Shown: in pieces, positions 33,151-43,241 of the stretch | How positions within the stretch are numbered: the stretch's first letter is position 1 | Layout: every line of letters begins with the position of its first letter | Source: an uncultured Actinomycetota bacterium | GTDB taxonomy: Bacteria; Actinomycetota; Actinomycetes; Propionibacteriales; Propionibacteriaceae | Direction of reading: 5' to 3' | NCBI GenBank assembly: GCA_963756505.1 | Contig: CAVWNG010000002.1 | Coordinates: forward strand, 1,285,609 to 1,349,608 | DNA length: 64,000 bases | Notes under the pieces: model-generated | What the model was told of the DNA's origin: nothing | The model's input: the letters and a program-made list of their open reading frames with translations, nothing else | Database searches by the model: none | Position numbers and translations under genes: made by a program

Positions 33151-34461
33151 ATGTCCGCGTCATCTCCACCCCAGCACGCCTCCCCCGCCTTCCGGCGGCA
33201 CCTCGAGGGGGCCCGGCTGGTCGCGGCGACGACGGCCGGACGGCTCGCCCAGGTCGCCAGCCGCGCCACCGGACGCGGCTCAGGTGCCTCCATCCGTGGG
33301 CAGGTGATGATGCGTCTCGACCCGAACGCGCTCGCCAAGCTGCTGCGGTCCAAGCGGGTGGCCATGGTCTCGGGCACCAACGGCAAGACCACCACGACGC
33401 ACCTCCTCGCCGCCGCCGTCCGCGCGCACCTCGGCGAGGACGCCTCGCGTCTGGTGCACAACGCCGACGGCGCCAACCTGCACTACGGCATCGCCTCGGC
33501 CCTCAGCACCAACCCGCGCGCCACCACCGCCATCCTCGAGACCGACGAGCGCGTCGTCGCCGACCTGGTCCGGCTGGGCCGACCGGAGGTGCTGGTGCTG
33601 CTGAACTTCAGCCGCGACCAGCTGGACCGGCACCACGAGATCAAGGGTCTGGGCCGGAGCTGGCGCAACGCCCTGGCCGCCGCCGGGGAGGACGGGCCGG
33701 TCGTGGTCGCCAACGCCGACGAGCCGCTCATCGTGTGGGCAGCCGAGACGGCGCGCGAGGTGGTGTGGGTCGACACGGCCAGCACCTGGACCCAGGACGC
33801 CTCGCTGTGCCCGAGCTGCGGCTCGGGCCTGGTCCGGGAGCAGCCCGGCCAGACCGGCGGCCCGGGTGGGCACTGGTCCTGCTCCGGCTGCGAACTGCGG
33901 CAGCCAGACGCCAGCTACCGGGTGCAGGACGCCACGATCCTCGGTCCGGACGGACAGGTGTGGGTGCCCGAGCTCAACCTGCCTGGCTCGTTCAACGTCG
34001 GCAACGCCGCCTGCGCCCTGGCCGCGGCGGAGCTGCTCGGCGTGCCCGCCCCCACCGCCCTCGCAGGCATGCGCACCGTGAGCGCACCCGCGGGTCGCTT
34101 CGCCACCATGCGGCTGGGTGGGACGACGGCTCGGCTGCTGCTGGCCAAGAACCCTGCCGGCTGGGCGGAGGCGCTGCCGCTGGCCCAGAGCTCGACGGTG
34201 GTGCTGGCCATCGACTCCGCCGCGGCCGATGGCCGCGACGTGTCCTGGCTGTGGGACGTCGAGTACGAGCAGCTCGCCGGCCGGACCGTGGTGGCGACGG
34301 GACCGCGGGCGCAGGACCTGGCCGTCCGGCTCTCCTACGCCGGGGTGGAGTTCCGCACCGAGCCCGACCTCGCTCGCGCGCTGGCCGGGCACGCCGAGCC
34401 GGTCGACGTGGTCGCCACCTACACGCCGTTCCAGCGGCTGCGGAAGATGGGAGGCGTCTGA
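33151..34461 (+). CDS. murT: MurT ligase (lipid II isoglutaminyl synthase subunit)
   Basis: SGTNGKTTT, RDQLDR, Cys4 finger CPSC/CSGC, KNPAG and DGRDVSWLWD; coupled to gatD by TGATG. Confidence 0.88.
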   Translation: MSASSPPQHASPAFRRHLEGARLVAATTAGRLAQVASRATGRGSGASIRGQVMMRLDPNALAKLLRSKRVAMVSGTNGKTTTTHLLAAAVRAHLGEDASRLVHNADGANLHYGIASALSTNPRATTAILETDERVVADLVRLGRPEVLVLLNFSRDQLDRHHEIKGLGRSWRNALAAAGEDGPVVVANADEPLIVWAAETAREVVWVDTASTWTQDASLCPSCGSGLVREQPGQTGGPGGHWSCSGCELRQPDASYRVQDATILGPDGQVWVPELNLPGSFNVGNAACALAAAELLGVPAPTALAGMRTVSAPAGRFATMRLGGTTARLLLAKNPAGWAEALPLAQSSTVVLAIDSAAADGRDVSWLWDVEYEQLAGRTVVATGPRAQDLAVRLSYAGVEFRTEPDLARALAGHAEPVDVVATYTPFQRLRKMGGV

Positions 34462-35222
34462 TGACGTCCACGGGGGCCGTGCACCAGGGTGAGGGCCGGC
34501 GCGTCGAGGTCGTGCTGGTCTACCAGTCGTTGCTCGGCATCTACGGGGACCGCGGCAACGCGACGGTGCTGGCCAAGCGGCTGGCCTGGCGCGGGTTCGA
34601 TGCCGTCCTCACCGCCGTCGAGCCGGGTGAGCCGCTGCCGGACAGCGGCGACGTGTACCTGCTGGGGGGCGGTGAGGACGCCGCCCAGATCTCGGCCGTC
34701 AAGGCCCTGCGAGCCGACGGCGGGTTGCACCGCGCCGTCGACCGAGGAGCCGCGGTGCTGGCCGTCTGCGCCGGCTACCAGATCGTCGGGCGCTCCTTCA
34801 CCGTCGGCGACAGCGAGGAGGAGGTCGCCGGTCTCGGCCTGCTCGACGTCGCCACCCGGCGCGGCCCGGTGCGGGCCGTCGGGGAGATCTTGACCCGGTG
34901 GCGCGGCCACGAGGGCGCCGGCGACGACCAGTGGCTGAGCGGCTTCGAGAACCACGGCGGCTACACCGTCCTGGGTCCAGAGGCGACGCCGCTGGCCACC
35001 GTCGAGGTGGGCGTCGGCAACTGCGGCGACGGGACGGAGGGGGCCGTCGACGGGAACGTCATCGGCACCTACCCGCACGGTCCGCTGCTGGCCCGCAACC
35101 CGGCCCTGGCCGACCACGTCCTCGAGCTCGCGCTCGGCGAGCCGCTGGCTCCGTTGGACCGGCCCGAGGTCGCCGAGCTGCGACGCCAGCGGCTCGCGGC
35201 GGTACGCCGCTCGTCGCGCTGA
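34461..35222 (+). CDS. gatD: GatD / CobQ-like glutamine amidotransferase
   Basis: YGDRGN, VCAGYQ, GFENHGG and HGPLLARNP motifs. Confidence 0.9.
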   Translation: MTSTGAVHQGEGRRVEVVLVYQSLLGIYGDRGNATVLAKRLAWRGFDAVLTAVEPGEPLPDSGDVYLLGGGEDAAQISAVKALRADGGLHRAVDRGAAVLAVCAGYQIVGRSFTVGDSEEEVAGLGLLDVATRRGPVRAVGEILTRWRGHEGAGDDQWLSGFENHGGYTVLGPEATPLATVEVGVGNCGDGTEGAVDGNVIGTYPHGPLLARNPALADHVLELALGEPLAPLDRPEVAELRRQRLAAVRRSSR

Positions 35223-35284
35223 GCCCTGGGGCTTGCCCTCCCCCGCGGCCGGGGAGGCGCGGTGGGCTGACTAGCCTCGTCGGT

Positions 35285-36173
35285 ATGCAGACCAGGAAAC
35301 TCGGACCCTTCACCGTGTCGGCCATCGGCCTCGGCGCGATGCCCGTCTCGATGAACAGCGACAACACATTCCCCGACGAGGACCAGGCCATCGCGACGGT
35401 GCACGCCGCGCTCGACGCCGGGGTCACCTACATCGACACGGCCGACATCTACAGCCCCAGCTGGGACACGATGGGCCACAACGAGCTCATCGTCGGCAAG
35501 GCCGTCAAGAGCTGGGGCGGCGACACCTCGGGGGTCGTGATCGGCACCAAGGGTGGGATCACCCGCAGCGAGGGCGAGACGTGGGGTCGGGACGGCAGCC
35601 TGGAGTACCTGCGTTCGGCGGTGCAGAAGTCGCTGACGAACCTGGGCGTCGACGTCATCGACCTCTACCAGTGGCACCGCCCGGACCGGTGGAAGGTCTA
35701 CGGCGAGGTGGTCGGGCACTTCAAGACCCTGCAGGACGAGGGCCTGGTCAAGAGCGTGGGCATCTCGAACGCCAACGTCGAGGAGATCCAGGTCGCGATC
35801 GACGTCCTCGGCGAGGGCGGTCTGGCCAGCGTCCAGAACGAGTTCTCCCCGCGCTTCCGCTCGTCCAAGGACGAGCTCGACCTCTGCGGCGAGCACGGCA
35901 TCGCTTTCCTGCCGTGGAGCCCGCTGGGCGGCACCGGTGGCGGGGCCCGAAAGGTCGGCGAGGACTTCGCTCCCTTCGCCGAGGTCGCCGAGGCACATGG
36001 GGTCAGCCCGCAGCAGGTCGTGCTGGCGTGGGAGCTGTCCCTGGGGCGAGCACGTCATCCCGATCCCCGGCGCCCGTCGCCCGGAGTCGATCCGCGACTC
36101 CGCGCAGGCGGCCGACCTGCAGCTCACGGCCGACGAGCTCGAGCGGCTGAACGCGACCCGCGGGACCGCCTGA
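35285..36173 (+). CDS. Aldo/keto reductase, frameshift in G run 36043-36046
   Basis: IGLGAM, IDTADIY, IDLYQWHRPD and WSPLGG; C-terminal VIPIPGARR in shifted frame ending at 36173. Confidence 0.88.
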
Positions 36174-36399
36174 GGGCCGAACCCTTTCGCGGGCTGACCG
36201 GTCGGAGTCCGGGTCGGAAGGCGAGCCAGGCGGAACGCCCTGGTCGCCCGACCGATGGCGACCGGTCAGCCCGCGGACCGGGGCGCCGGTGAGCGCGGAA
36301 GGCACGCGTCACGGTGCCTCCGGAGCAGGCTGCGGACCCCTTGCCCGGCGGCCTGCAGATTTCACCCTGACGTCGGCTTCCGGTAGTGTCTGTCTTCGC

Positions 36400-36472
<73 letters not shown>

Positions 36473-36641
36473 CCCAGCATCTCAGCAGACCGCGCAGCAT
36501 GCGCGGCTGCATCGACAGGTCCTCGACTCCTCGCGAGGACGAGGCGGACTGAACCGCGCGTGTCCCACTGGTCAGTGACCATGTCGGGAGCGAAACACGC
36601 CTCAGCCCACCGGACAGGTCAGCGGTCAAGGCGGAGGAGGC

Positions 36642-37922
36642 CTAGCGTCGGGCGAGGACGAGCAGGCCGACCATGGAGGTGGCCGCTCCGGCGATCATGA
36701 GGACGGCCATGGGCACGGCGGTGTGCTCGCCACCGAGCCCGGCAAGGGGCGCGATCGTGCCGGCAGCGACCCATTGCACGAAGCCGAGCAGGGCGGATCC
36801 GGTCCCGGGGTGGTCGGGGACCTCGGCCGAGGCGAGCGCTCCCGCGTTGCCGCCGATCAAGCCCTGGGCGGTCATCAGCACGAAGAAGCTGACGATCACC
36901 ACCGGGAGCGGGGTGTCGAACCAGAGGGCGCCGGTCAGCATCGCGAGCCCGGAGGCGAGGGCGGCGACCTGGCCGACGAGGATCACCTTCCGCGTCGCCA
37001 CCCGCCCAGCGAGGCGGGCCGCGACGAGGGCGGCGATGGTCATGCCGCCGGCGTTCGCGGCGAAGTCGACGGAGTAGCCCATGGGCGACATGCCGTTCAT
37101 GGACTGGAGCACGAACGCCGACGTGGCGACGTAGGCGAACAGGGCGCCCATCGCGGAGCCGCTGACCACGAGGTATCCGACGTAGTGCCGATTGCGCAGC
37201 ACCTCCCGACCAGCGCGCGCGAAGGTCTGCAGCCCGCCGCCGTGGCGACGGTGCGGCGGCAGCGTCTCCGGCACCGCGGCGACCACGCAGACGGTCATCA
37301 CGACCCCGAGTCCGGCGACCACCCAGAACGAGACCCGCCAGTCGGACAGCTGGAGGATGACCGCGCCGATGAGCGGCCCGATGATGGGCGCGATGCCCCC
37401 GACGCCGGCGATGACGTTCAGCACGCGGACCAGCTGAGCCCCGGTGGCGAGGTCGACGATCACGGCTCGGCCGATGACCATGGCCCAGCCCCCGGCGAAA
37501 CCCTGCACGAAGCGGGCAGCCATCAACACCGCGATGGTCGGGGTCAGCGCGCAGACGACCGACGCGACCGTCATGACCAGCACGGCGGCGAGCAGCGGTC
37601 GCCGCCGGCCGCGTTGGTCCGAGACCGGTCCACCGACCAGCTGGCCGAGGGCCATGCCGACGAAGAAGGTGGTGAGGGTCAGCTGCACCTGGGTCGCGGT
37701 CCCGCTCAGGTCGTCGGCGACGCGAGGGAAAGCGGGTACGTACATGTCCGTGGCGAGGGGGGCGATCGCCGTCAGGAACACGACGGTCGCCACCAGCGCG
37801 GAGGTCAGCTGGGCCCGGATGCGGCCGCCCTCGAGCGCGGCGTCAGGGCGGTCGCCCAGGTACTCGCAGTCCGGGCAGTAGCCGAGGTGCGGCGTGGTCG
37901 TCGTCGACGCGGGCTCGGTCAC
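36642..37922 (-). CDS. Bcr/CflA family MFS efflux transporter
   Basis: PLATDMYVPAFP, GPVSDQRGRR, ARFVQG and VPETL motifs; GTGA-coupled to upstream regulator. Confidence 0.9.
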   Translation of the reverse strand: MTEPASTTTTPHLGYCPDCEYLGDRPDAALEGGRIRAQLTSALVATVVFLTAIAPLATDMYVPAFPRVADDLSGTATQVQLTLTTFFVGMALGQLVGGPVSDQRGRRRPLLAAVLVMTVASVVCALTPTIAVLMAARFVQGFAGGWAMVIGRAVIVDLATGAQLVRVLNVIAGVGGIAPIIGPLIGAVILQLSDWRVSFWVVAGLGVVMTVCVVAAVPETLPPHRRHGGGLQTFARAGREVLRNRHYVGYLVVSGSAMGALFAYVATSAFVLQSMNGMSPMGYSVDFAANAGGMTIAALVAARLAGRVATRKVILVGQVAALASGLAMLTGALWFDTPLPVVIVSFFVLMTAQGLIGGNAGALASAEVPDHPGTGSALLGFVQWVAAGTIAPLAGLGGEHTAVPMAVLMIAGAATSMVGLLVLARR

Positions 37923-38815
37923 AGGTGCGGGCGACCCTTGAGAGTGCCGGTCGGCTGGTGCTCCTGGGTGGCGGCCCAGGAGGCGAGGAGGGCGAGGGCC
38001 TCCGCGGTGGGTGACCCAGGCTCTGCGGCGTAGATGGTCAGGCTGAGGCCGGGCTCGGCGCGCAGGTCTGAGCTGAGGTAGCTGAGGGCGAGGTCGCCGA
38101 CGACGTGGTGGTGGTAGTGCTTGACGCCGGCACCGTGGGTGCGGACGTTGTGGGAACCCCAGCGGCGGCGGAACTCCTCGCTGCGGGTCGACAGCTCGCC
38201 GACCAGGTCGTGCAGGTCGCGGTCGTGCGGGGTCTGGCCGGCCGCGGTGCGCAGGTTCGCCACCGACATGTCGGCGGCCAGGTCCCAGTCGGGGAAGAAG
38301 CGGCGGGCGGCCGAGTCGAGGAAGGTGTAGCGGGCGAAGTTCGGCGGCCGGGTCGGATCGGCGTACAGGTCGGCGTAGAGGGCACGCCCGAGGTGGTTGG
38401 CCGCCAGCAGGTCCGAGCGCTCGTTCCCGATGATGGCCGGGCCTGTGGTGATGGCGTCGAGCGCCCACTGCACCGCCGGCTTCACCGTCCACTGCCTCAC
38501 CGCGCTGCGGCGAGGACGCATGGCCGCGGTCGTGCCGTCGGCAGCCTGCGCGAGGCGGAACAGGTGCTGACGCTCGGCGTCGTCGAGCTGCAGGGCGCGA
38601 GCCAGGGCGTCGAGGACGCCAGCGGAGGCACCACCGAGGGACCCGCGTTCGAGCTTGGCGTAGTACTCCACGCTCATGCCGGCGAGGGCGGCGACCTCAC
38701 TGCGACGTAGCCCGGGGACCCGGCGCTGCCCGAACTGCGCCATCCCGGCCTGCTCGGGAGTGATCCTGGCCCGTCGCGAGGTCAAGAACTCGCGGACCTC
38801 CACACGGTTGTCCAT
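37919..38815 (-). CDS. XRE-family regulator with MmyB-like ligand-binding domain
   Basis: EFLTSRRARITPE, RRVPGLRRSEVA, YYAKLERG and LVGELS motifs. Confidence 0.92.
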   Translation of the reverse strand: MDNRVEVREFLTSRRARITPEQAGMAQFGQRRVPGLRRSEVAALAGMSVEYYAKLERGSLGGASAGVLDALARALQLDDAERQHLFRLAQAADGTTAAMRPRRSAVRQWTVKPAVQWALDAITTGPAIIGNERSDLLAANHLGRALYADLYADPTRPPNFARYTFLDSAARRFFPDWDLAADMSVANLRTAAGQTPHDRDLHDLVGELSTRSEEFRRRWGSHNVRTHGAGVKHYHHHVVGDLALSYLSSDLRAEPGLSLTIYAAEPGSPTAEALALLASWAATQEHQPTGTLKGRPHL

Positions 38816-38917
38816 GCGACCGACCCTAGGACGGCCCGGCCCGGTGAACGATGCCCTCTGAGTACACCCATCGACAGTGACTGTCCTGGCCTCAGCCGCG
38901 GCGCTTGTCTAGGTCTC

Positions 38918-39460
38918 ATGAACAGCACGGACCTCCGCCCCCGCAGCCCCCACTCCCCGGCAGCGGCTCTGCTAGCCACCACGGCTGTCGTCATCTTGGC
39001 GGCCCTCGCCTTCAGCTCCGTCGACCTCACCCGTGCGGGCACCTCCATCGCCTCCCCCACGCCCTCCGTCAGCCAGCCGGTCAGCGACCTCACGGCGGCC
39101 ACCCAGGTCGTGCTGCGGCTGCCCGACGGCGCAGCGACCGCCACCCTCACCGACACGGCAGCGGCACGGCAGTTCGCGGCGATCCTTCCGGTACGGCTGA
39201 CCCTGCGCGACCCGATGGGCCAGGCGAAGTCCGGTCGGCTCCCGACCGTCCTCGCGGTGGCCGACGCGGACCGGACCACCGACCCGGCCGTAGCCGGGCT
39301 CTACTACTGGCCGCCCAGCAACGACATCGCCGTCGTCTACGACGACCTCGGCCAGACCGTACCCCCACCCGGCTTGGTCCAGCTCGGCACCGTGACCGAT
39401 GGGCTGTCGGTGATCGCCTCAGCCGGCAACCGTTTCACCGTCTCAGTCGAGCGGTCCTGA
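38918..39460 (+). CDS. Cyclophilin-like fold protein with N-terminal hydrophobic segment
   Basis: ATLTDTAAARQFAAILPVRL and LYYWPP...IAVVY; divergent from the MmyB regulator. Confidence 0.72.
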   Translation: MNSTDLRPRSPHSPAAALLATTAVVILAALAFSSVDLTRAGTSIASPTPSVSQPVSDLTAATQVVLRLPDGAATATLTDTAAARQFAAILPVRLTLRDPMGQAKSGRLPTVLAVADADRTTDPAVAGLYYWPPSNDIAVVYDDLGQTVPPPGLVQLGTVTDGLSVIASAGNRFTVSVERS

Positions 39461-39489
39461 CAGCCCGGGCGATCGCGCCAGAATCGCCG

Positions 39490-40290
39490 CTAGCTCTCGT
39501 CGAGAATCGCCTGCACGACAACCTCGAGATTGACTTCTCGGCCTCGAGCGAGCTCCACCAGCATCCGGGAGGCTTCCTCGCTGGTGCAGTGGTGTCGGGC
39601 CATGAGCGTCCCCTTGGCCTGCTCGATGAGGGTGCGGGAGTGCAGGGCGGCTTCGACGTGAGCGGCCCGGGATGCCGCTCGGCGAGAGCGCTCGACCCGG
39701 GCGAGAACCATGCCCGCGCAGAAGGCGAAGCTCCGGACGACCCGGTCATCGTCTGCGTTGAAGGGGCGCCCGGAGCGGCTGTAGAGGTTCATCGCTCCCC
39801 TGACCTGGTCGCCGGTCGAGAGACCCACCGAGATCGTGTGGGTGAGTCCCTGATCCCGCGCCGCGAGGCGGAACCCGGGGTAGAGCTGTTCGGACGCGGC
39901 CACCGTCAGCTCGATGGTCGTCCCCGTGCGAGCGGCATCGAGGGAGGGTCCGCTGCCACTGTCGTGCTGCCACTGATCGAGGTGGGAGGCGACGCGGCCG
40001 GTGCTCACCGCGGTCCACACTCCTCGGTCCTCGACCAGGGTCAGCGACGCTTCCCAGGGCTGGTTCAACGCCTGCCGCGCGAGCTCGGTCACACCGGCCA
40101 AGGTGTCCGTCAAGGGCTGGTCGGCGTAGATGAGCTCACTGAACAAGGTGTAGACGGCCGTCGCGTCAGGCCTCCGTGGCAGTGGACCGTGGCCCTCGCC
40201 TTGGCGTTGGTCCATGGCGACCTGCGGCTCTGCGGCTGGTGCAGCGGTCGCTGATTCGGCCGAGCCAGCGCCGGTGGGGTGATCGGTCAT
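39490..40290 (-). CDS. GAF and ANTAR domain protein
   Basis: GAF segment (GPSLDA, GAMNLYS); ANTAR segment ALHSRTLIEQAKGTLM. Confidence 0.88.
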   Translation of the reverse strand: MTDHPTGAGSAESATAAPAAEPQVAMDQRQGEGHGPLPRRPDATAVYTLFSELIYADQPLTDTLAGVTELARQALNQPWEASLTLVEDRGVWTAVSTGRVASHLDQWQHDSGSGPSLDAARTGTTIELTVAASEQLYPGFRLAARDQGLTHTISVGLSTGDQVRGAMNLYSRSGRPFNADDDRVVRSFAFCAGMVLARVERSRRAASRAAHVEAALHSRTLIEQAKGTLMARHHCTSEEASRMLVELARGREVNLEVVVQAILDES

Positions 40291-40594
40291 CTAGCTGAAG
40301 CCGAAGGATGCAGCTGGACGGTGGGGTCTCCCGGAGCGTTCGGCGCGAGCGATGCGCTGCTCATGGACGGGGGCGACGATGTCATGCGCTGGTCGGGCAT
40401 CGGCTGACGGCTTTCCTACTGGTTCCACGACTTCGGTGCGACGGTGCACGAGCCTCCCGGACAACAGCTGGCATCACCGCAAGAATGAAGACGCGTGTCC
40501 TGGACCCGACGTGATCCAGTCAACCCCCGCCCGGAGCGGAGGTTAAGAGAAGAAGGTCACCGGACCCTCGGGACCAAGTGCTCGGACGTGCCGG

Positions 40595-40756
40595 TCAGCG
40601 GCTCCGCGCACGTCGCGCAGCGCGGACGGCGAGGGTCACCGCACCGACGACCAGTACGGCACCGATGAGTTGCATGCCCGGGGAGTCGTCGGCTCCTCCG
40701 TACACGAAGGCGGCTGCGCCGAGGACCAGCACGAGGACGGCGACCAGGTACGTCAT
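40595..40756 (-). CDS. Small 2-TM membrane protein
   Basis: MTYLVAVLV...GGADDSPGMQLIG; AGGAG SD; alternative coupled start at 40810. Confidence 0.7.
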   Translation of the reverse strand: MTYLVAVLVLVLGAAAFVYGGADDSPGMQLIGAVLVVGAVTLAVRAARRARSR

Positions 40757-40806
40757 GCCAGCTCCTAACTGCAGACCGGGGTCCCCGGTCCTCAGGATGA
40801 GGTCAT

Positions 40807-41013
40807 TCATTCGGGGACCCACTCCAGGAGGTCGCCGGGCTGGCAGTCGAGCACCCGGCACATGGCCTCCAAGGTGGCGAACCGGACGGCTTTCGCCCGG
40901 CCGTTCTTGAGCACCGCCACGTTGGCCGGGGTCAGACCTACCCGCTCCGAGAACTCCCCCACGCTCATCTTCCGCCTGGCCAGCTCGACGTCGATCCGGA
41001 CCACGATCGGCAT
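40807..41013 (-). CDS. Cro/C1-type HTH regulator (YozG-like)
   Basis: MPIVVRIDVELARRK...LKNGRAKAVRFATLEAMC..CQPGDLL. Confidence 0.92.
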   Translation of the reverse strand: MPIVVRIDVELARRKMSVGEFSERVGLTPANVAVLKNGRAKAVRFATLEAMCRVLDCQPGDLLEWVPE

Positions 41014-41492
41014 CAGATGACCGCTTCCATGTCGGTCCGCAGCGTGGTGGCCTGCAGCAGCAGCGCACGCATGACCACCATCAGCAGTCCCAGCACGCTG
41101 ACGCCGACGGTGAGCAGGAACAGCAGCAGGGGCACGCCGGGGTCGGTGGCCTGGAATCCGACGTACAGCAGCACCCCGACGAGCACCACCCAGGCCGCGC
41201 CGATCGACCACACGATCCCGTTCACCCACACGAGGGACTGCGCGGTGAAGATCCGGTCGTCCTTGACCAGGGTGAGCAGCCTCCAGGTGCACACGACGAC
41301 GACCTCGACGCAGAGCACCCAGAACACGGTCACCGCCGTGGCCGGCCAGCGGAGGTAGGCCATCTCCGGGTCCTGCTGGGCCATGTACCGGAACTGCCCG
41401 GGCAGGGACATGACCTGGAACAGCACCAGGATGCCGAACAGCACCACGAGGAAGACCCGCAACGCTGCCACCACGCGTATCTCGTTGAACAT
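41013..41492 (-). CDS. DUF2975 family membrane protein
   Basis: 4 TM segments, DRIFT motif, ends ...DMEAVI with TGATG overlap to the HTH gene. Confidence 0.85.
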   Translation of the reverse strand: MFNEIRVVAALRVFLVVLFGILVLFQVMSLPGQFRYMAQQDPEMAYLRWPATAVTVFWVLCVEVVVVCTWRLLTLVKDDRIFTAQSLVWVNGIVWSIGAAWVVLVGVLLYVGFQATDPGVPLLLFLLTVGVSVLGLLMVVMRALLLQATTLRTDMEAVI

Positions 41493-41498
41493 GCATCG

Positions 41499-41529
41499 AT
41501 CTTCGCGTCAAAGATATCGATAGTCAATA
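41499..41529 (-). promoter_or_regulatory. Leaderless promoter with overlapping palindromic operator
   Basis: -35 TTGACT, 17 nt, GAAGAT, 6 nt, ATG; imperfect palindrome TATCGATAGTCAATA at 41515-41529. Confidence 0.55.
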
Positions 41530-41593
41530 GGCAGCCCGCGGACCCGCGGTGCCTGTCCTGTCCTCGCGGTGCCTCGGCAGACCGACGCGCTGC

Positions 41594-42199
41594 CTAGCCC
41601 CCCACCAGGAGCGACGCCGCCAGCGCCACCATCATCACCGCGATGCCGCCGTCGAGGACGCGCCAGGCGCCGGGGCGCCGGAAGACCGGGCTGAGGGTGC
41701 GGGCTCCGTACCCGAGGGCGGCGAACCAGACGGCGCTCGCGAGGGAGGCGCCGGCTCCGAACCACCACCGCCCGGTAGTCCCGTGGGTGTTCGCGACCGA
41801 ACCCAGCAGCAGCACCGTGTCCAGGTAGACGTGCGGGTTGAGCCAGGTGAAGGCCAGAGCGGTCCCCAGCACGGCGGAGGGGCCGAGCTGCCGGTCCGCG
41901 GCCGCCTCGAGGTGGCCGCCCCGGAGGGCCCGCCGCGCTGCGAGCAGCCCGTAGCCCAGCAGGAACGCCGCACCGAGCCAGCGCAGCACGACCAGCACCG
42001 CCGGCGCCCGTTCGACCACCGTCCCGATTCCTGCGACACCGGCCACGATCAAGACCACATCGGAGAGCGCGCACACGCTGACGACCAGGGCGACGTGACG
42101 GCGCCGTAGGCCCTGGCGCAGGACGAAGGCGTTCTGCGCGCCGATCGCCACGATCAGCGCGAATCCGGTCAGGAAGCCCGTGAGGGCGACGGTGGTCAC
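41594..42199 (-). CDS. lysE: LysE/ArgO amino acid exporter
   Basis: AIGAQNAFVLRQG and TWLNPHVYLDT motifs. Confidence 0.92.
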   Translation of the reverse strand: MTTVALTGFLTGFALIVAIGAQNAFVLRQGLRRRHVALVVSVCALSDVVLIVAGVAGIGTVVERAPAVLVVLRWLGAAFLLGYGLLAARRALRGGHLEAAADRQLGPSAVLGTALAFTWLNPHVYLDTVLLLGSVANTHGTTGRWWFGAGASLASAVWFAALGYGARTLSPVFRRPGAWRVLDGGIAVMMVALAASLLVGG

Positions 42200-42226
42200 C
42201 GTCTGACCGTAGGAGACGACCCTCCA

Positions 42227-42268
42227 TAAGACCAGTTCATCCTTTTCAGCAGGCTTAAGATTGATTCA
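42227..42268. promoter_or_regulatory. LysR T-N11-A boxes
   Basis: TAAGACCAGTTCA (42227-42239) and TAAGATTGATTCA (42256-42268) between lysE and the LysR gene. Confidence 0.55.
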
Positions 42269-43152
42269 TGGTGCGGGTGCAGCCGGAGCAGGCTCTGACC
42301 TTGGCCGTCATCGTCACCGAGGGCACGTTCGACGCCGCCGCCGCACGGCTGCACCTGACGCCGTCGGCCGTGAGCCAGCGGGTCCGGGCGCTGGAGGTCG
42401 CGATCGGTCGTCCCGTCCTCCGCCGCGTCAGACCCGTGGAGCTCACCCCAGCGGGAGAGGTGGTGGTCCGCTTCGCCCGGCAGCTGGAGCTGCTGTCGGA
42501 GGACCTGTCGGACCAGCTCGCGCCCACCGAGGTGAGCACGACGCCCCGCGTCACGCTGGTGGTGAACAGCGACTCGCTGCACACCTGGGTGCTTCCCGGA
42601 CTCGCCGAGGTGGCCGGCCACGTCCAGCTGAGCGTCCTGAGGGAGGACCAGGACCACTCGCTGGACCATCTCCGCAGGGGCACGGCGCACGGGGCGATCA
42701 CCGCCACGGCGGCCCCGGTCCCCGGCTGCAGCTCCCGGGCGCTCGGCGCGATGCGCTACCAGGCCGTCTGCGCCCCCGGCTTCGCCGCCCGGTGGTTTCC
42801 CGAAGGGGTGACCGACGACGCCCTCGACGCTGCTCCGGTCGTGGTCTACGACGACAAGGACGACCTCCAGGACCGCTACCTGCGCCGACGGCGACGCCAG
42901 CCGTCGCGCCCTCCGCGCCACCACGTGCCGGCCACCCACGAGTTCGGCCGAGCGGTGCAGCTGGGCATGGGCTGGGGCATGATGCCCGAGCTGCAGCTCG
43001 GCTCGCTACCGCCCGGATCCCTCGTCCCCCTGCCGGGCGCCGCTCCGCTGGAGGTTCCCCTCTTCTGGCAGCAGTGGCGCCTCAGCACCGCGGCCCTGGA
43101 CCGCGTCGCCGCAGCCATCGCGGGGGCAGCAGCGATCCTGCGGCGGGGGTGA
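42268..43152 (+). CDS. lysG: LysR regulator, ArgP/LysG family
   Basis: HTH TPSAVSQRVRALE, VNSDSL, EDQDHS and LFWQQW; divergent from lysE. Confidence 0.9.
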   Translation: MVRVQPEQALTLAVIVTEGTFDAAAARLHLTPSAVSQRVRALEVAIGRPVLRRVRPVELTPAGEVVVRFARQLELLSEDLSDQLAPTEVSTTPRVTLVVNSDSLHTWVLPGLAEVAGHVQLSVLREDQDHSLDHLRRGTAHGAITATAAPVPGCSSRALGAMRYQAVCAPGFAARWFPEGVTDDALDAAPVVVYDDKDDLQDRYLRRRRRQPSRPPRHHVPATHEFGRAVQLGMGWGMMPELQLGSLPPGSLVPLPGAAPLEVPLFWQQWRLSTAALDRVAAAIAGAAAILRRG

Positions 43153-43241
43153 GGAGCTGCCGCGATCCCCGCCCGCCCGGCCGGACGCACCTTCGACTAC
43201 CGTGCGAGAGCAGTCACACCACTTGAGCCTCGAGGAGTCCC

